64,000 bases of DNA from Spirochaetota bacterium (lineage in GTDB: Bacteria > Spirochaetota > UBA4802 > UBA5550): assembly GCA_050298055.1 (NCBI GenBank), contig JBNKTL010000004.1, positions 34,223 to 98,222 on the forward strand, written 5' to 3'. The notes beneath the pieces are model-generated. The model saw nothing but the letters and a program-made list of their open reading frames with translations. It was not told where the DNA came from and did no database searches. A program made the translations under genes and the position numbers. Shown here piece after piece: positions 10,384 to 20,582 of the stretch (position 1 is its first letter; the number at the start of each line of letters is the position of its first letter).

Positions 10384-12144
10384 ATGAAAAAATATTTGGA
10401 ATACAGAGACGATAAAAGCGCCAAATTCTGGGAAATTACCGTAACAGGCAATTCTCACACAGTCCGCTACGGAAAGATAGGGAGCGGCGGGCAGAGCAAG
10501 AGCAAGGAGTTTCCTTCGGCAAAGGAGGCCGGAAAAGATGCGGAGGGACTCATCCTCTCAAAAGTGAAGAAAGGCTACAGGGAAGCGAACCAGGATGACT
10601 CTTCTGCAAAAGACGTCGACATCACAGAGTGGTGGGAGGGTCTCGATAGCACATGGCAGGAACTGCTGAAAGGAGCGGCAAAGATCAAGGCCGGTGTGGG
10701 TGAGAAAGAGCTCCGCAAAATAAAAAGGCTGGAAGAGCTGGAGATTTTTGCTAAATATACCATATCAGATTTGCAGCCGCTTTCGTTCCTGGAAAACCTT
10801 GAGGAGTTATCAATCTATTCGCAGAAAAATATTCGCAAACTTGCTCCTCTGCAAAAATTGAAAAATTTGCGAAATCTTGAAATCTATAACAGCAGTGTTT
10901 CAGATCTTTCCAGCATCAGCGATCTAACCGGATTGCAAAATCTGTCGCTTTCCCGGACAAAAGTTAAGGACCTCTCTCCGCTTAGCAATTTAAAACAGCT
11001 GCACTCTTTGTGTATCGATAATACAAATGTTTCCGACCTGTCGCCTTTAAAGGATTTGGAAAACCTGGAGAAAATCGAATTCCGGGAAACGTCCGTTGTT
11101 TCCATAAGGCCCATCCTCTCCCTGTCAGGATTGAAGACAATTATATGCTGGGACACAAAAATTTCGTTCCGGGAATATCTTCACTCCTTTGATGAGGGAA
11201 CTTTTTCTGAGATTCGTATCAGGTGTGATTATCTCAAGTCCGGTCTCTTTTTAAAAGAGATACAGAGGCCGGAGTTTTCTCTGGAAGAGCATAAAGAGAG
11301 CGTGGGGCTTGCGGCCTCTTTTGCCATAACAAACGAGTCTTCAAAAGAGTCTGTCTCTCTCCTTGCTCATTGCTTAAAAAATCTTCCCGGTTCTATTCCC
11401 GAAAATCGCATAGCCGAAATCAAAAACAAATTCCAGCAGGATAAAGGAAAGGGGTATTTAGCAAAAATAGATAAGGAACTGGATGCTCTTTTGTCAGGAT
11501 ACAGTCCCGTTAAAGGATCCGGAGCCCCAGTGGGGTTGTCCCGCGAAGTGTGGGATGAGATCTCTCTGGCGGATGATCAGAGCCGGGCAGTGGCGAAATA
11601 CATCAAGACCATTTTCCCCGATTCGGAAGAAAAAGTCATTCAATTACTAATGAAGCAATTTGACTCTGCGGGGCTGACAGAGGATGGCTTCCTGTATTTA
11701 AATTTTAGACTCGTAGAATATGATCATATAATCACGTTTACATTTTTTCCCCCGGTAGAGAGAATTTTACCCTTTGTCAGTTTGCAGGCCCTGTACAATA
11801 TACACGGCGAGATTCAAGGAGAATGCCTGGGCGGAGGGCTTCTCTGTTGCCCTGCCCGTACTATGGTATCGGACTGGTTTGAAGAGGGCGACGATTTCCT
11901 GATTGGTATGGATGACTTAGATGACTTTTACCCCCTGGTATTCGATGTGGGGCAGAATGCCATGGTGGCCCATCCCGGTAAAAAGAATAAAGGTGGTGAA
12001 CCGGCTCTCTTTTTTCTGGACCATGAAGAGGGAGAACCCTTCGCTCTATCCAATGCCGAACAATTATCGGCGCGCCAGATCTTTCTCATGCTGATTGTCC
12101 AGTATCTGGGAGCGAAAACATATTTTGAAGAGGTATCTTTTTAA
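10384..12144 (+). CDS. WGR domain + internalin-like leucine-rich repeats + acidic C-terminal SUKH-like domain
   Basis: YLEYRDDKSAKFWEI...RYGKIGSGGQ (WGR); SDLSPLxxLxxL repeats; HPGKKN..EPALFFLDHE. Confidence 0.85.
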   Translation: MKKYLEYRDDKSAKFWEITVTGNSHTVRYGKIGSGGQSKSKEFPSAKEAGKDAEGLILSKVKKGYREANQDDSSAKDVDITEWWEGLDSTWQELLKGAAKIKAGVGEKELRKIKRLEELEIFAKYTISDLQPLSFLENLEELSIYSQKNIRKLAPLQKLKNLRNLEIYNSSVSDLSSISDLTGLQNLSLSRTKVKDLSPLSNLKQLHSLCIDNTNVSDLSPLKDLENLEKIEFRETSVVSIRPILSLSGLKTIICWDTKISFREYLHSFDEGTFSEIRIRCDYLKSGLFLKEIQRPEFSLEEHKESVGLAASFAITNESSKESVSLLAHCLKNLPGSIPENRIAEIKNKFQQDKGKGYLAKIDKELDALLSGYSPVKGSGAPVGLSREVWDEISLADDQSRAVAKYIKTIFPDSEEKVIQLLMKQFDSAGLTEDGFLYLNFRLVEYDHIITFTFFPPVERILPFVSLQALYNIHGEIQGECLGGGLLCCPARTMVSDWFEEGDDFLIGMDDLDDFYPLVFDVGQNAMVAHPGKKNKGGEPALFFLDHEEGEPFALSNAEQLSARQIFLMLIVQYLGAKTYFEEVSF

Positions 12145-12231
12145 TTCTGATTTTTCACGAAAGTGTTCCCGGTTATATGAAAGATCAAAAAGTTATCCAC
12201 CAATTTTAAAGAAGAATTTTCAGGAGGTCAA

Positions 12232-12801
12232 ATGTACTATATTTTAAAGCAGCAGGATGAGGATGAGAATTCCGGTTATATGGAAATTGAAGAGGGTAAA
12301 CACTGTAAAGGTTTCAGGAACTGGGGAGTAGGGCGCACAACATCCACTGTTCCGTCGGATGATGTGATCATTGATGTTGTCCCTTATGACGGTTATCAGG
12401 GCGATCCGCCCGATTTTTCCGATTCCAGTATACCGCTGATGTCCGAACGTTTGCGTAAGGCGCTGGAAGGCGCCGGGGTGGACAATATTCTCTATCATCC
12501 GGTGACATTGAAAAATACCGAGACCGGGCAGACCTATCCCTACTACGCCTTCAATCTGATCGGTCGCGTATCCATGGTAGATTTGAAAGCATCGGATATT
12601 CAGAGTTACGATGGGGATTATACCGGTGACAGCAGTATCAAGAACCTGGTACTGGATGAATCAAAAGATCCCGGGCTTTCCCTGTTTCGTTTGGAAGAGA
12701 ATTTCTCGATTGTTATAAAAGAAGAAATAAAAAAACACTTGGAGTCCTGCGGGATTGATACATTGAAATATATTGCACCGGAAGATTATTACGCCCTGTA
12801 G
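12232..12801 (+). CDS. Imm11/DUF1629-like immunity protein
   Basis: PLMSERLRKALEGAGVDNI.YHPV, YYAFNLIG, L.LDESK, LFRLEE; acidic; CAGGAGG RBS. Confidence 0.8.
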   Translation: MYYILKQQDEDENSGYMEIEEGKHCKGFRNWGVGRTTSTVPSDDVIIDVVPYDGYQGDPPDFSDSSIPLMSERLRKALEGAGVDNILYHPVTLKNTETGQTYPYYAFNLIGRVSMVDLKASDIQSYDGDYTGDSSIKNLVLDESKDPGLSLFRLEENFSIVIKEEIKKHLESCGIDTLKYIAPEDYYAL

Positions 12802-12849
12802 TATTGAGGAGAGTTTGTATCTATTTTATAAAGGTTAATGGAGATAAAA

Positions 12850-14847
12850 ATGCCAAAAAAAACACGACTTGAATACACAGATGAAAAATCCAACAAATTC
12901 TGGGAGATCGAAGTCTCAGGTAACAGCCATACTGTCCGGTTTGGAAAAGCCGGTACAGAGGGACAGAGTAAGACAAAGGAATTCCCGTCGGAAGAAGCGG
13001 CGCAAAAAGATGCGGATAAGCAGATCGGGGGAAAGCTGAAAAAGGGGTATCTTGAGAAAAAGACCGGAACAGGTTCAAAAAGTCCTCAGAAGAGCGGGAA
13101 AACCGGCCAGGGGACCGGCTATTCCGGGATACTCAACGCGAAGGATAAGAAAGAGCTTCAGAGAGCATTGTGTGAGCATTTCTCCTCTCTGGCCGATACT
13201 CCCGGCGCGGAAAAAATTCTTGAGATGGTTATGGGCACTGCCTCTTCCGCGAAACTCGAAGACGGGAAACTGGTGGTACATTTAAAAGATAAGGCCCTCA
13301 CCGCGTCACCGCCGGATAAAAAAGCAAAGTATGGCAGCTACGGCTACCTTTTTAAAAACCATGCCCGCCTTGAATGTGCGTCCCTGGACCTGGGTTTCAT
13401 TACCGCGGACCGCTACTTTGATGATCTGGAGGAGGATGAACTGGAAGATGAGCTTGGAGATTATTATGATGAGTTAAAGGATATATCCCTGAAAAAACTG
13501 AACATTCTTGTGCGGGAGAACTCGGATATATGGATGCCCCATCCCAAAAAGAAGAATCCCCTGGGGAAACCGCAGTTGATCGGTATCCTTCATGATGAGG
13601 GGAGTGATGCTTCGCCCTATAACCCCGGCGGATTTTTTCTCTTAAAAATAGCCGGTTATTTAAAGCTGAAGGTTTCATTGCCTGATGCCCCGCAGGAGAA
13701 GAAAGCTGCCCCTCACTCTTCGCAAACCCTTTCCTTCTCTTCCGCTGAATTTTTAAAAGAGACCGTTGAGACAGCAGACAATTTAAAAAACGACTTACCG
13801 GAAAGTGGAATTCAAATTTTTCTTACGCGGGAAGATAACAATACCGCGTATATGTATAATGATGAAGAGGAAAAACTCTTTATTTATGAAATCAAAAATA
13901 ACAGGTTAATGAAGGCAAGTGAAATAGCCTTGAAAATGGAAATGGGAAGTTCTTCATCTATCCTTGATGGTGATTACATATATATATCCGGTTTTTCAGG
14001 GGGAATTTCAGGTGGAAACGCGTCTATTCTTGATATAAGTGATTATAAAAATCCGAAGCATATCCCCGTGAAAGAACAATCTGTAAATACCCTCTGCGTG
14101 AGAAAGGGAATTATCTATTCCAACCGGTACAAATATAATGAAGAATACAATGAAAAAAATAACTCCTACTTAACTCCCGGTGACATTGAGATGCCGGAAA
14201 TCCCTAAAGGGAAAAACCTGATCAGGCATTGGAATGAAGAAGAATCACCGGGAAATCTTCGGTGCCGGGAAAACCCGGTATACCTGGCGGACGGTATCTA
14301 TGTCCGGGAACTGACCGGCAAGGAAGCAGTGAGAAAAACCTTAAAATTCGGCCAGAATTGTTTACTCATAACAATAGATGATACCCTGGTGGGGTTTACG
14401 GATGATGATACCGTTGCCTTTGATATTTCTGATCCACTGGAACCAACAATTGTAAACAGCAAAAAGAAAGAAAACTACCCGGTCCAGCCCATTGTTTTTC
14501 CCGGCAAAAAATGTATTGTTTTGCTTGAAAGAAATTTCGCGATTTCGGTGACAACAGTTGACCGAAAAATTACCGGCATACAAAAACTTCTGAAAAATTT
14601 CAAAACAGTATTATGGGACAGGCTGGGCGATATTATCTGGCTGCTGCTGGAAGGGAAGAAGAGTTTTTCCCTTGCTGCAGTCCAGATTGACGCGGTAGAA
14701 TCCAGAGTGATTGTCGAGCCAATGAAACTGAAGCCGGAAAAAGATATTCCTTTATATAAATGGCGCTGGATGAAGGTTGACGGCAACAGGGCGCATTTCT
14801 TTCTGCATGGGGAAACAGATGAGTATATAAGTTTTCATTTAAAATAA
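12850..14847 (+). CDS. WGR domain + SUKH-like segment + LVIVD-like beta-propeller protein
   Basis: RLEYTDEKSNKFWEI...RFGKAGTEGQ; WMPHPKKKNPLGKPQL..HDE; ILDISDYKNP and AFDISDPLEP repeats. Confidence 0.8.
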   Translation: MPKKTRLEYTDEKSNKFWEIEVSGNSHTVRFGKAGTEGQSKTKEFPSEEAAQKDADKQIGGKLKKGYLEKKTGTGSKSPQKSGKTGQGTGYSGILNAKDKKELQRALCEHFSSLADTPGAEKILEMVMGTASSAKLEDGKLVVHLKDKALTASPPDKKAKYGSYGYLFKNHARLECASLDLGFITADRYFDDLEEDELEDELGDYYDELKDISLKKLNILVRENSDIWMPHPKKKNPLGKPQLIGILHDEGSDASPYNPGGFFLLKIAGYLKLKVSLPDAPQEKKAAPHSSQTLSFSSAEFLKETVETADNLKNDLPESGIQIFLTREDNNTAYMYNDEEEKLFIYEIKNNRLMKASEIALKMEMGSSSSILDGDYIYISGFSGGISGGNASILDISDYKNPKHIPVKEQSVNTLCVRKGIIYSNRYKYNEEYNEKNNSYLTPGDIEMPEIPKGKNLIRHWNEEESPGNLRCRENPVYLADGIYVRELTGKEAVRKTLKFGQNCLLITIDDTLVGFTDDDTVAFDISDPLEPTIVNSKKKENYPVQPIVFPGKKCIVLLERNFAISVTTVDRKITGIQKLLKNFKTVLWDRLGDIIWLLLEGKKSFSLAAVQIDAVESRVIVEPMKLKPEKDIPLYKWRWMKVDGNRAHFFLHGETDEYISFHLK

Positions 14848-14957
14848 GGAGTTTTCTGAAACCTGAAGACTCTGTGCAGCTGTAATGCCGGGTTGAAGTT
14901 TATTCCACCGGAAGATTATTACGCGCTGTAAGTGCTGAAAAAAAAGGAGGTACATCA

Positions 14958-15475
14958 ATGTACTATGTATTAAGCTGTCCGATTATTGTTACCGAGGAAG
15001 AGAGGTTGCTGCTTTCCGAAATCCAGACAGATGAAGAGGTTGGCGACATCTGGAGCTGGGATTCCGGGGAAAAATTTGAGCCCGATGAAGAGAGCAGCAT
15101 TCCCTCCCCCATCGAAATGGAAGTGAAGTTCTTTCGTGGATATAAAGGGCCTCCCGAAGAGATGAACGATCTCGATGTATGTGTCATGTCGAAGCGCCTT
15201 TCCCATGCGTTGACCGGTGCCGGAGTGGATAACATTGACTACTACCCGGTTGTTTTACGCCATAAGAAAAGCGGTCAAAGCTATGATTATGCGGCTTCAA
15301 CATCATCGGAAAGATAGCTGCGGCGGATATCGAGAAATCGGCAACAGGAGGCCTTCTGGTATTCCGCCTTGCGGAAACAACCGGGACCATACTTGTGCAT
15401 GAAAGCGTACGCGGCTATATTGAAAAGCAGGGGATCAATACGCTGAAATTCACCGCTCTTGAAGACTATGAATAA
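14958..15475 (+). pseudogene. Frameshifted Imm11/DUF1629-like gene
   Basis: VMSKRLSHALTGAGVDNIDYYPV; after a frameshift near 15290 it continues GFNIIGKIAAADIEKS..LLVFRLAETTGTILVHESV...FTALEDYE*, with a ~20 aa internal gap versus paralogs. Confidence 0.8.
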
Positions 15476-15643
15476 CAGCCAGGCGCCCCATATTCTGATT
15501 TTTCACGAAAGCGTTCTCGATTACCTGGATGAGCACGCGCCGGATCTGGAAGGTATGGAATACCAGGAGCTTCTCAGCGTTTGAATTGGAGACATCCCGG
15601 CAAAGCCGTGGATTTACTTATTTGATTTTAAAAAAGAAAACAA

Positions 15644-16429
15644 ATGCAGAGTGAAGACTTACAAGACATTATAAATGATGTAAAAAAAGATTTTATTGTC
15701 AAGCTGGAGAAGTTTCTTGAAATGGAAGGGCCTCGAGATCTCTGGTACGGCTGTATAATAAATCCATACGGTGTAACAATGTGTAACGAATTAATGTTCG
15801 TTAATAGTGCAAAAAGTGCAATGTCAGCAGATCCGGAAAATTACAGTAATCCAGCCCGTCTTTATCAGTTGCGCTGGGAGTATGAAGGTTCAGGTTTATT
15901 GGTAGCAGATTTTTTTGAAGAACCTTTTGATAGTAATGAAAAGTTACAGTCATTTATTGAATCCCATAATAATTTATCATTTGAGGAACAGGTTTCTTCG
16001 CCTCTGACAGGTATTATGCACTCTCTTCTATCCTGTGTGGAGGAAATAAGAGAGGTAATGGCCCTGGATCTTTATCTTACCAGGGATTTTTATGTTGTCC
16101 TATCTATAAATGGGAAAGATATTGAAAATCCTCCACCCTGGCATGGAAAGAGTTATGATCAACCACAGCCAATGAAAAAAACTCGATATGGTAAAACATC
16201 CGAAAGTCCGGCAAAAGTATTGACCCTTGAAGAAAAAACGGAATTTCAAATTAAAATCGAAAAAGCAATGAAGTTGATACGTCCTCATGAAGAGGCAATG
16301 GCAAATCAAAGGATGATTTCCGAGAGGATGTTAGAAGAAATTAAAAATAGATGGAGTGATTATAAAGAACGGAGAGAATTGCTTCGAAATCTCAGGCAGA
16401 GGAGTGATTCTGATTATCGCAAAGAATGA
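15644..16429 (+). CDS. Hypothetical protein (acidic N-terminal domain, helical C-terminus), in the immunity-like array
   Basis: 261 aa open frame co-oriented with the array; no recognised motif. Confidence 0.65.
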   Translation: MQSEDLQDIINDVKKDFIVKLEKFLEMEGPRDLWYGCIINPYGVTMCNELMFVNSAKSAMSADPENYSNPARLYQLRWEYEGSGLLVADFFEEPFDSNEKLQSFIESHNNLSFEEQVSSPLTGIMHSLLSCVEEIREVMALDLYLTRDFYVVLSINGKDIENPPPWHGKSYDQPQPMKKTRYGKTSESPAKVLTLEEKTEFQIKIEKAMKLIRPHEEAMANQRMISERMLEEIKNRWSDYKERRELLRNLRQRSDSDYRKE

Positions 16430-16487
16430 AACAGGTCTAATGCGGATCCCCAAGGATCCCGCTTGAACATTAAACAGGAAGAAAATT

Positions 16488-17201
16488 ATGAAAATGATAA
16501 CAGGGAAACAACTGAATTCACTTGAAAAATTCAGCCCGGGAAGCGGGGAATACATGGATTTCAGTGATGAACTTATGGTCGATATCGGAGAGCTCACAGC
16601 CCTTGATACCATGGCGGGTAACGACCAGGGGCTTGGCTGCCTCTGGGAATCCCGGACTCCTTTTGGATTCTTCCATTCCATGAAACATGAAATTATCAGG
16701 TATTTACACTGGCTTTTGATATTCCGTTCCTTTCAAAGGGGCGCGTCTCTTTCCTTTGAGGAAGAGATATACTGTGACTATCCGCGGCAGGACCCCTGGT
16801 ATCTTATTGTGGGAGAGCATGACCAGATGCATTGCCTTGTATCCGAGGTCAGAGCCTCCGGGCAGGTGGAACCCACACGGTACCGTTCCAACGAGCATTC
16901 AAAGAAAACGGCCTACTCAAACATTGAGAGATTTGTTGTCAATCTGCAGGTTGAACGTCTGTGCGGTGAATATCTCAACTGGTTGTCCGGGACCGGCGAG
17001 TTTGACTCCTATCTTGACCGTCTTTCTGCCATAGATTTTACGAAGATCGAACAGATGATCAAGGGGGAGCTCCTTAAACACTATGGCTCCGCCATAGAGT
17101 CGAAAACGGAAATCGGCGGCGTGCAATTTGAATGGACCGGGGGGCATTACAACAAAGAAGCATACGGGCAGGGTTTTTGTTATTCTGCCCCCCTGCGGTA
17201 A
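16488..17201 (+). CDS. Hypothetical protein, in the immunity-like array
   Basis: 237 aa ORF with AGGA RBS, co-oriented; no recognised motif. Confidence 0.65.
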   Translation: MKMITGKQLNSLEKFSPGSGEYMDFSDELMVDIGELTALDTMAGNDQGLGCLWESRTPFGFFHSMKHEIIRYLHWLLIFRSFQRGASLSFEEEIYCDYPRQDPWYLIVGEHDQMHCLVSEVRASGQVEPTRYRSNEHSKKTAYSNIERFVVNLQVERLCGEYLNWLSGTGEFDSYLDRLSAIDFTKIEQMIKGELLKHYGSAIESKTEIGGVQFEWTGGHYNKEAYGQGFCYSAPLR

Positions 17202-17314
17202 ATTTTTTTAAGCTGTACCAGGTAGTTATTTTAAAAGGGTTTTTCCGGGGAGAATCTCGGAATGAGTAAGACTGAAAATGAAAAAGAGAATGATAGGAGC
17301 TGAAAGGGACGTTC

Positions 17315-17875
17315 ATGAGTAAATACTATATACTGGAAAGCAGGGAACATACCCTGGTGGGTATGATCAGCTACAGGAACTCCGGGTGGGGGACCCACTT
17401 TACCCGGGGGGAACTCCTTGAGGAAAATTTCGGCGAAGGGGAGATCCTTGTGGAGTTTGAAAAAAACCATGATCAGTTGCCCGATTATTTTGAGCTGTCA
17501 GCCGTACCTGTTGTCAGTGAAAATTTTGTTCGTCACCTGGAAGCTCTGGCCCCGGAGAACTTCCAGCTTTTTCCGGTCACAGTGAAAATGCCCGGCAGGG
17601 AATTATCCGGCTACTCCATTATCAATGTAGTGGGACGTGTTCCCGCTGTGGACGGGGATGCCAGTGATTGTAAAATGTATGATGGGGATATTATGCGGTT
17701 GAATAAACTGGTCCTGAAAAAAGACCTGGACCGGGGCCTGGATCTTTTCAGGGCCGAAGAATATCCCCTGGCCATCTTTATCTCAGGAGCTGTGAAAGAC
17801 GCATTAGAGGCAGGTTCCCTCACAGGGATGCGGATCACTCCGGCTGATGGCTGGAGCGATAAGCATAGATTCTGA
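17315..17875 (+). CDS. Imm11/DUF1629-like immunity protein
   Basis: YYIL, PDY, PVVSE, FQLFPV, YSIINVVG, LVL, LFRAEEYP.AIFIS..VK. Confidence 0.82.
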   Translation: MSKYYILESREHTLVGMISYRNSGWGTHFTRGELLEENFGEGEILVEFEKNHDQLPDYFELSAVPVVSENFVRHLEALAPENFQLFPVTVKMPGRELSGYSIINVVGRVPAVDGDASDCKMYDGDIMRLNKLVLKKDLDRGLDLFRAEEYPLAIFISGAVKDALEAGSLTGMRITPADGWSDKHRF

Positions 17876-18012
17876 AAATTTTACTATATTTTGAGGTATT
17901 AAAAAGCAGGGGATCGATACCCTGACCTTCATCAAACCTGAAGAGTATGTGCAGCTGTAAGCCTGGGCTGCGGGTGTGTCCCGGTTGATTCCGCCGGTCT
18001 TTAAAAAAGCCA

Positions 18013-18597
18013 TTACTTTAGTAAAACTCTTTTCAGAACTATTTTCATGTTGTTTATATACTGATCCTGTGTCCATCCGCAATCAATTATAAACTGCTCC
18101 CAGTTTTGCACAGAGATCTGTATGAAAAATATATCCACAGCTTCTTCTACTTGCAGCTTTTTCGTGAATGTTCCTTCTTTTTTTAAATACAGGACAACAG
18201 ACCTGACAGCATCTTTTAAACAGTCCAAAATACTCCTCCAGGCAACAGCTGCTGCCTCATCATTGTCCTTAGTGAGCAAGAAAGCTTTTGATATCCCGTA
18301 GATCTCAGGTATATAGTTGCCCCAGACATCCACAGTAGCATCAATCATCTCTGCACCGTTTGCGCTATTATAGAGCCGTTCAAGCCTCTCATTGAGCCCT
18401 TTTACCTGATCAATGTATGCTATAGTTGCAATCATTAAATCGGTTCGAGTTGGAAAATGGAGGTAGACAGCCTGCCGGGATACACCCGCGCGTTTTGCTA
18501 TATCACTCATGCGCACACCGAGTCCCTGGTTTTCTTCAAGGAGATGCCATGTAGCTTCTAAAATGTCTTTTTTTGTCTCTTTTTTATCAAAATTCAT
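18013..18597 (-). CDS. TetR/AcrR-family regulator
   Basis: MSDIAKRAGVSRQAVYLHFPTRTDL HTH. Confidence 0.92.
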   Translation of the reverse strand: MNFDKKETKKDILEATWHLLEENQGLGVRMSDIAKRAGVSRQAVYLHFPTRTDLMIATIAYIDQVKGLNERLERLYNSANGAEMIDATVDVWGNYIPEIYGISKAFLLTKDNDEAAAVAWRSILDCLKDAVRSVVLYLKKEGTFTKKLQVEEAVDIFFIQISVQNWEQFIIDCGWTQDQYINNMKIVLKRVLLK

Positions 18598-18614
18598 AAA
18601 AAAATATTATCAAG

Positions 18615-18674
18615 TGCTTGACATGGTGTCAAGCATTTATTACTTTACACGGTGTAAACTTGACACTGTGTCAA
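18615..18674. promoter_or_regulatory. Three tandem palindromes, putative TetR operators
   Basis: TGCTTGACA-TGG-TGTCAAGCA, TTTACAC-G-GTGTAAA and TTGACAC-T-GTGTCAA between divergent genes. Confidence 0.8.
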
Positions 18675-18696
18675 ACATAATAAAAAACAATATGAG

Positions 18697-19131
18697 GTGA
18701 AAAACATGCGTAATTCCAGAATTGAATCAATTTTATTATTCGTTGGAGGATTGATTGCTCTAGTGATTGGAGCTTTAACTTTAATTGTACCGGTACAGTT
18801 TCACTCTTCGACAAATATTGACCTGGGGGCTCAGATAAACCTCCTTAATGAAGTGCGAGCACCGGGCGGTGGATTGGTTGCTATTGGTATTTTAATTCTG
18901 CTTGGGATTTATCTGAAATCACTCAGATATACATCACTGCTTGTTGCAGCAACAATCTACCTTTCATACGGTACTGCCCGAATAATAAGCATAATAGTTG
19001 ATGGTATACCGGCAACAGAACTTATACTGGCCACTATTCTTGAGTTAGTAATTGGCCTGTTTGCTTTCTTTCTGTCAAAGCGACACAAAAGCCAGGTTGA
19101 ACTGACACGTGCTATGCAAGCGGGTTTGTAA
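18697..19131 (+). CDS. DUF4345-like membrane protein
   Basis: LLNEVRAPGG, ARIISIIVDG.P; 4 TM segments. Confidence 0.75.
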   Translation: MKNMRNSRIESILLFVGGLIALVIGALTLIVPVQFHSSTNIDLGAQINLLNEVRAPGGGLVAIGILILLGIYLKSLRYTSLLVAATIYLSYGTARIISIIVDGIPATELILATILELVIGLFAFFLSKRHKSQVELTRAMQAGL

Positions 19132-19169
19132 AATTAAATAGAGTTCTAAATACTGGATGTATATAAAAA

Positions 19170-19835
19170 ATGACTAGAAAAACAAGAAAAGACTTTTTCG
19201 AACATACAGCGGCATTTTCAGGAACACTATTTGGTTCTTATATGCCTGGAGCGCCGCAAGAAGCCGCTGCTACTCCTGGCATATTTCCCGAAAGACAATG
19301 TTTAAGTAAAAATACAAATGATAAACGTATACTTGTTGCTTATGCAAGCGAGTACGGAAGTACAGGCGATGTCGCAGTTACAATTGGGAAGACTTTATGC
19401 AAACAGGGGTTTAATGTTGATATATTGCAAATTAAAAATGTTAAGGATATATCAGGATATGATGCATTTGTCATTGGCAGTCCGATTCAGTATGATGATT
19501 GGAAAAATGAAGCAAAGAAGTTCATAAAAACTTACGGGAGCAGATTGCAAAATTTTCCGGTAGCCTATTTTTTCACATGTCTTACACTATCAAAAAGGAA
19601 GCGAAAGAATCTTGATGAAGCAGAAAAGTATGCTGATAAGATCAGTAAAACCTCTGCATGTGTTAACGCAATTGATGTTGGGAAATTTACCGGTGTATTG
19701 GATTACAAAAAAATTCCCTTATTTACTTCTCTCGTAGCCCGGTTTATTTTTTTCTTTTTAGACATTACAGAAGGTGATTACAGGGATTGGAAAACCATTG
19801 AGGCCTGGGCACGTAAAGTTGGAACAAAAATTTAA
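19170..19835 (+). CDS. Flavodoxin-domain protein (HemG-like) with a degenerate Tat-like leader
   Basis: ILVAYASEYGST, YDAFVIGSPI, GDYRDW..I..WA. Confidence 0.85.
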   Translation: MTRKTRKDFFEHTAAFSGTLFGSYMPGAPQEAAATPGIFPERQCLSKNTNDKRILVAYASEYGSTGDVAVTIGKTLCKQGFNVDILQIKNVKDISGYDAFVIGSPIQYDDWKNEAKKFIKTYGSRLQNFPVAYFFTCLTLSKRKRKNLDEAEKYADKISKTSACVNAIDVGKFTGVLDYKKIPLFTSLVARFIFFFLDITEGDYRDWKTIEAWARKVGTKI

Positions 19836-20114
19836 TCAACCATTGCTTGCTGGCAACGGGATTTCACTGGAACGTCAAACCTGCATATGATTCCGACAGG
19901 AATCATATGCGATGTTTCATATTAAAGAAAATATCGGCACCATCATGGTCCATGAGAGTGTGAAGCATATTGAAGAGCAGAGGATCAAAAAAGTGATGGA
20001 AAAATAAAAAATATATTGACAACAGAGGGATGTAGGTTAGGAATCCTAACTAGCATGGCTTTTGCCATCCAACACCGGTACCCGGTACCGGATCTCAGAA
20101 ACCGAGGAGAAGAT

Positions 20115-20531
20115 ATGACACAGATACAGAGATATATCGACCAGCATGAGCAATTACTGAAAATTGCCGGTGATATTGCAGAAAAACTCCATGAAAACAC
20201 GCTGAAACAGGATGCGTCCCGGGTCCGGATTCTCCTGGCTGAATTTGCCGGCAAGCTCAAGGTCCACCTTGCCATAGAAGACAAATCTCTCTACCCGTAC
20301 CTTCTCACCCATGAAGATGAAACGGTGAAGAGCACCACCAGGAAATTCATAGAGGAGATGGGGCACCTCTACCAGGCATTCAGTGATTATCTTGAACACT
20401 GGCCCGGGGCTCCTTCCATACAGAAAGATGCCGGTAAATTTATAGAAGAAACAAAAGAGATAGTCAGGGCCCTGGAAAACCGGATTGACCGGGAGAATAG
20501 AGAGCTCTACCCACTGGTGGGACAGGCTTAA
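20115..20531 (+). CDS. Hemerythrin-like (HHE) domain protein
   Basis: QH.., HLAIED..LYP and RI..EN.ELYP motifs; GAGGAG RBS before ATG 20115. Confidence 0.85.
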   Translation: MTQIQRYIDQHEQLLKIAGDIAEKLHENTLKQDASRVRILLAEFAGKLKVHLAIEDKSLYPYLLTHEDETVKSTTRKFIEEMGHLYQAFSDYLEHWPGAPSIQKDAGKFIEETKEIVRALENRIDRENRELYPLVGQA

Positions 20532-20582
20532 TTACACCCCTGCCATATAACAATCACTATATGCAGAAAAGGAGAAAGTGAA

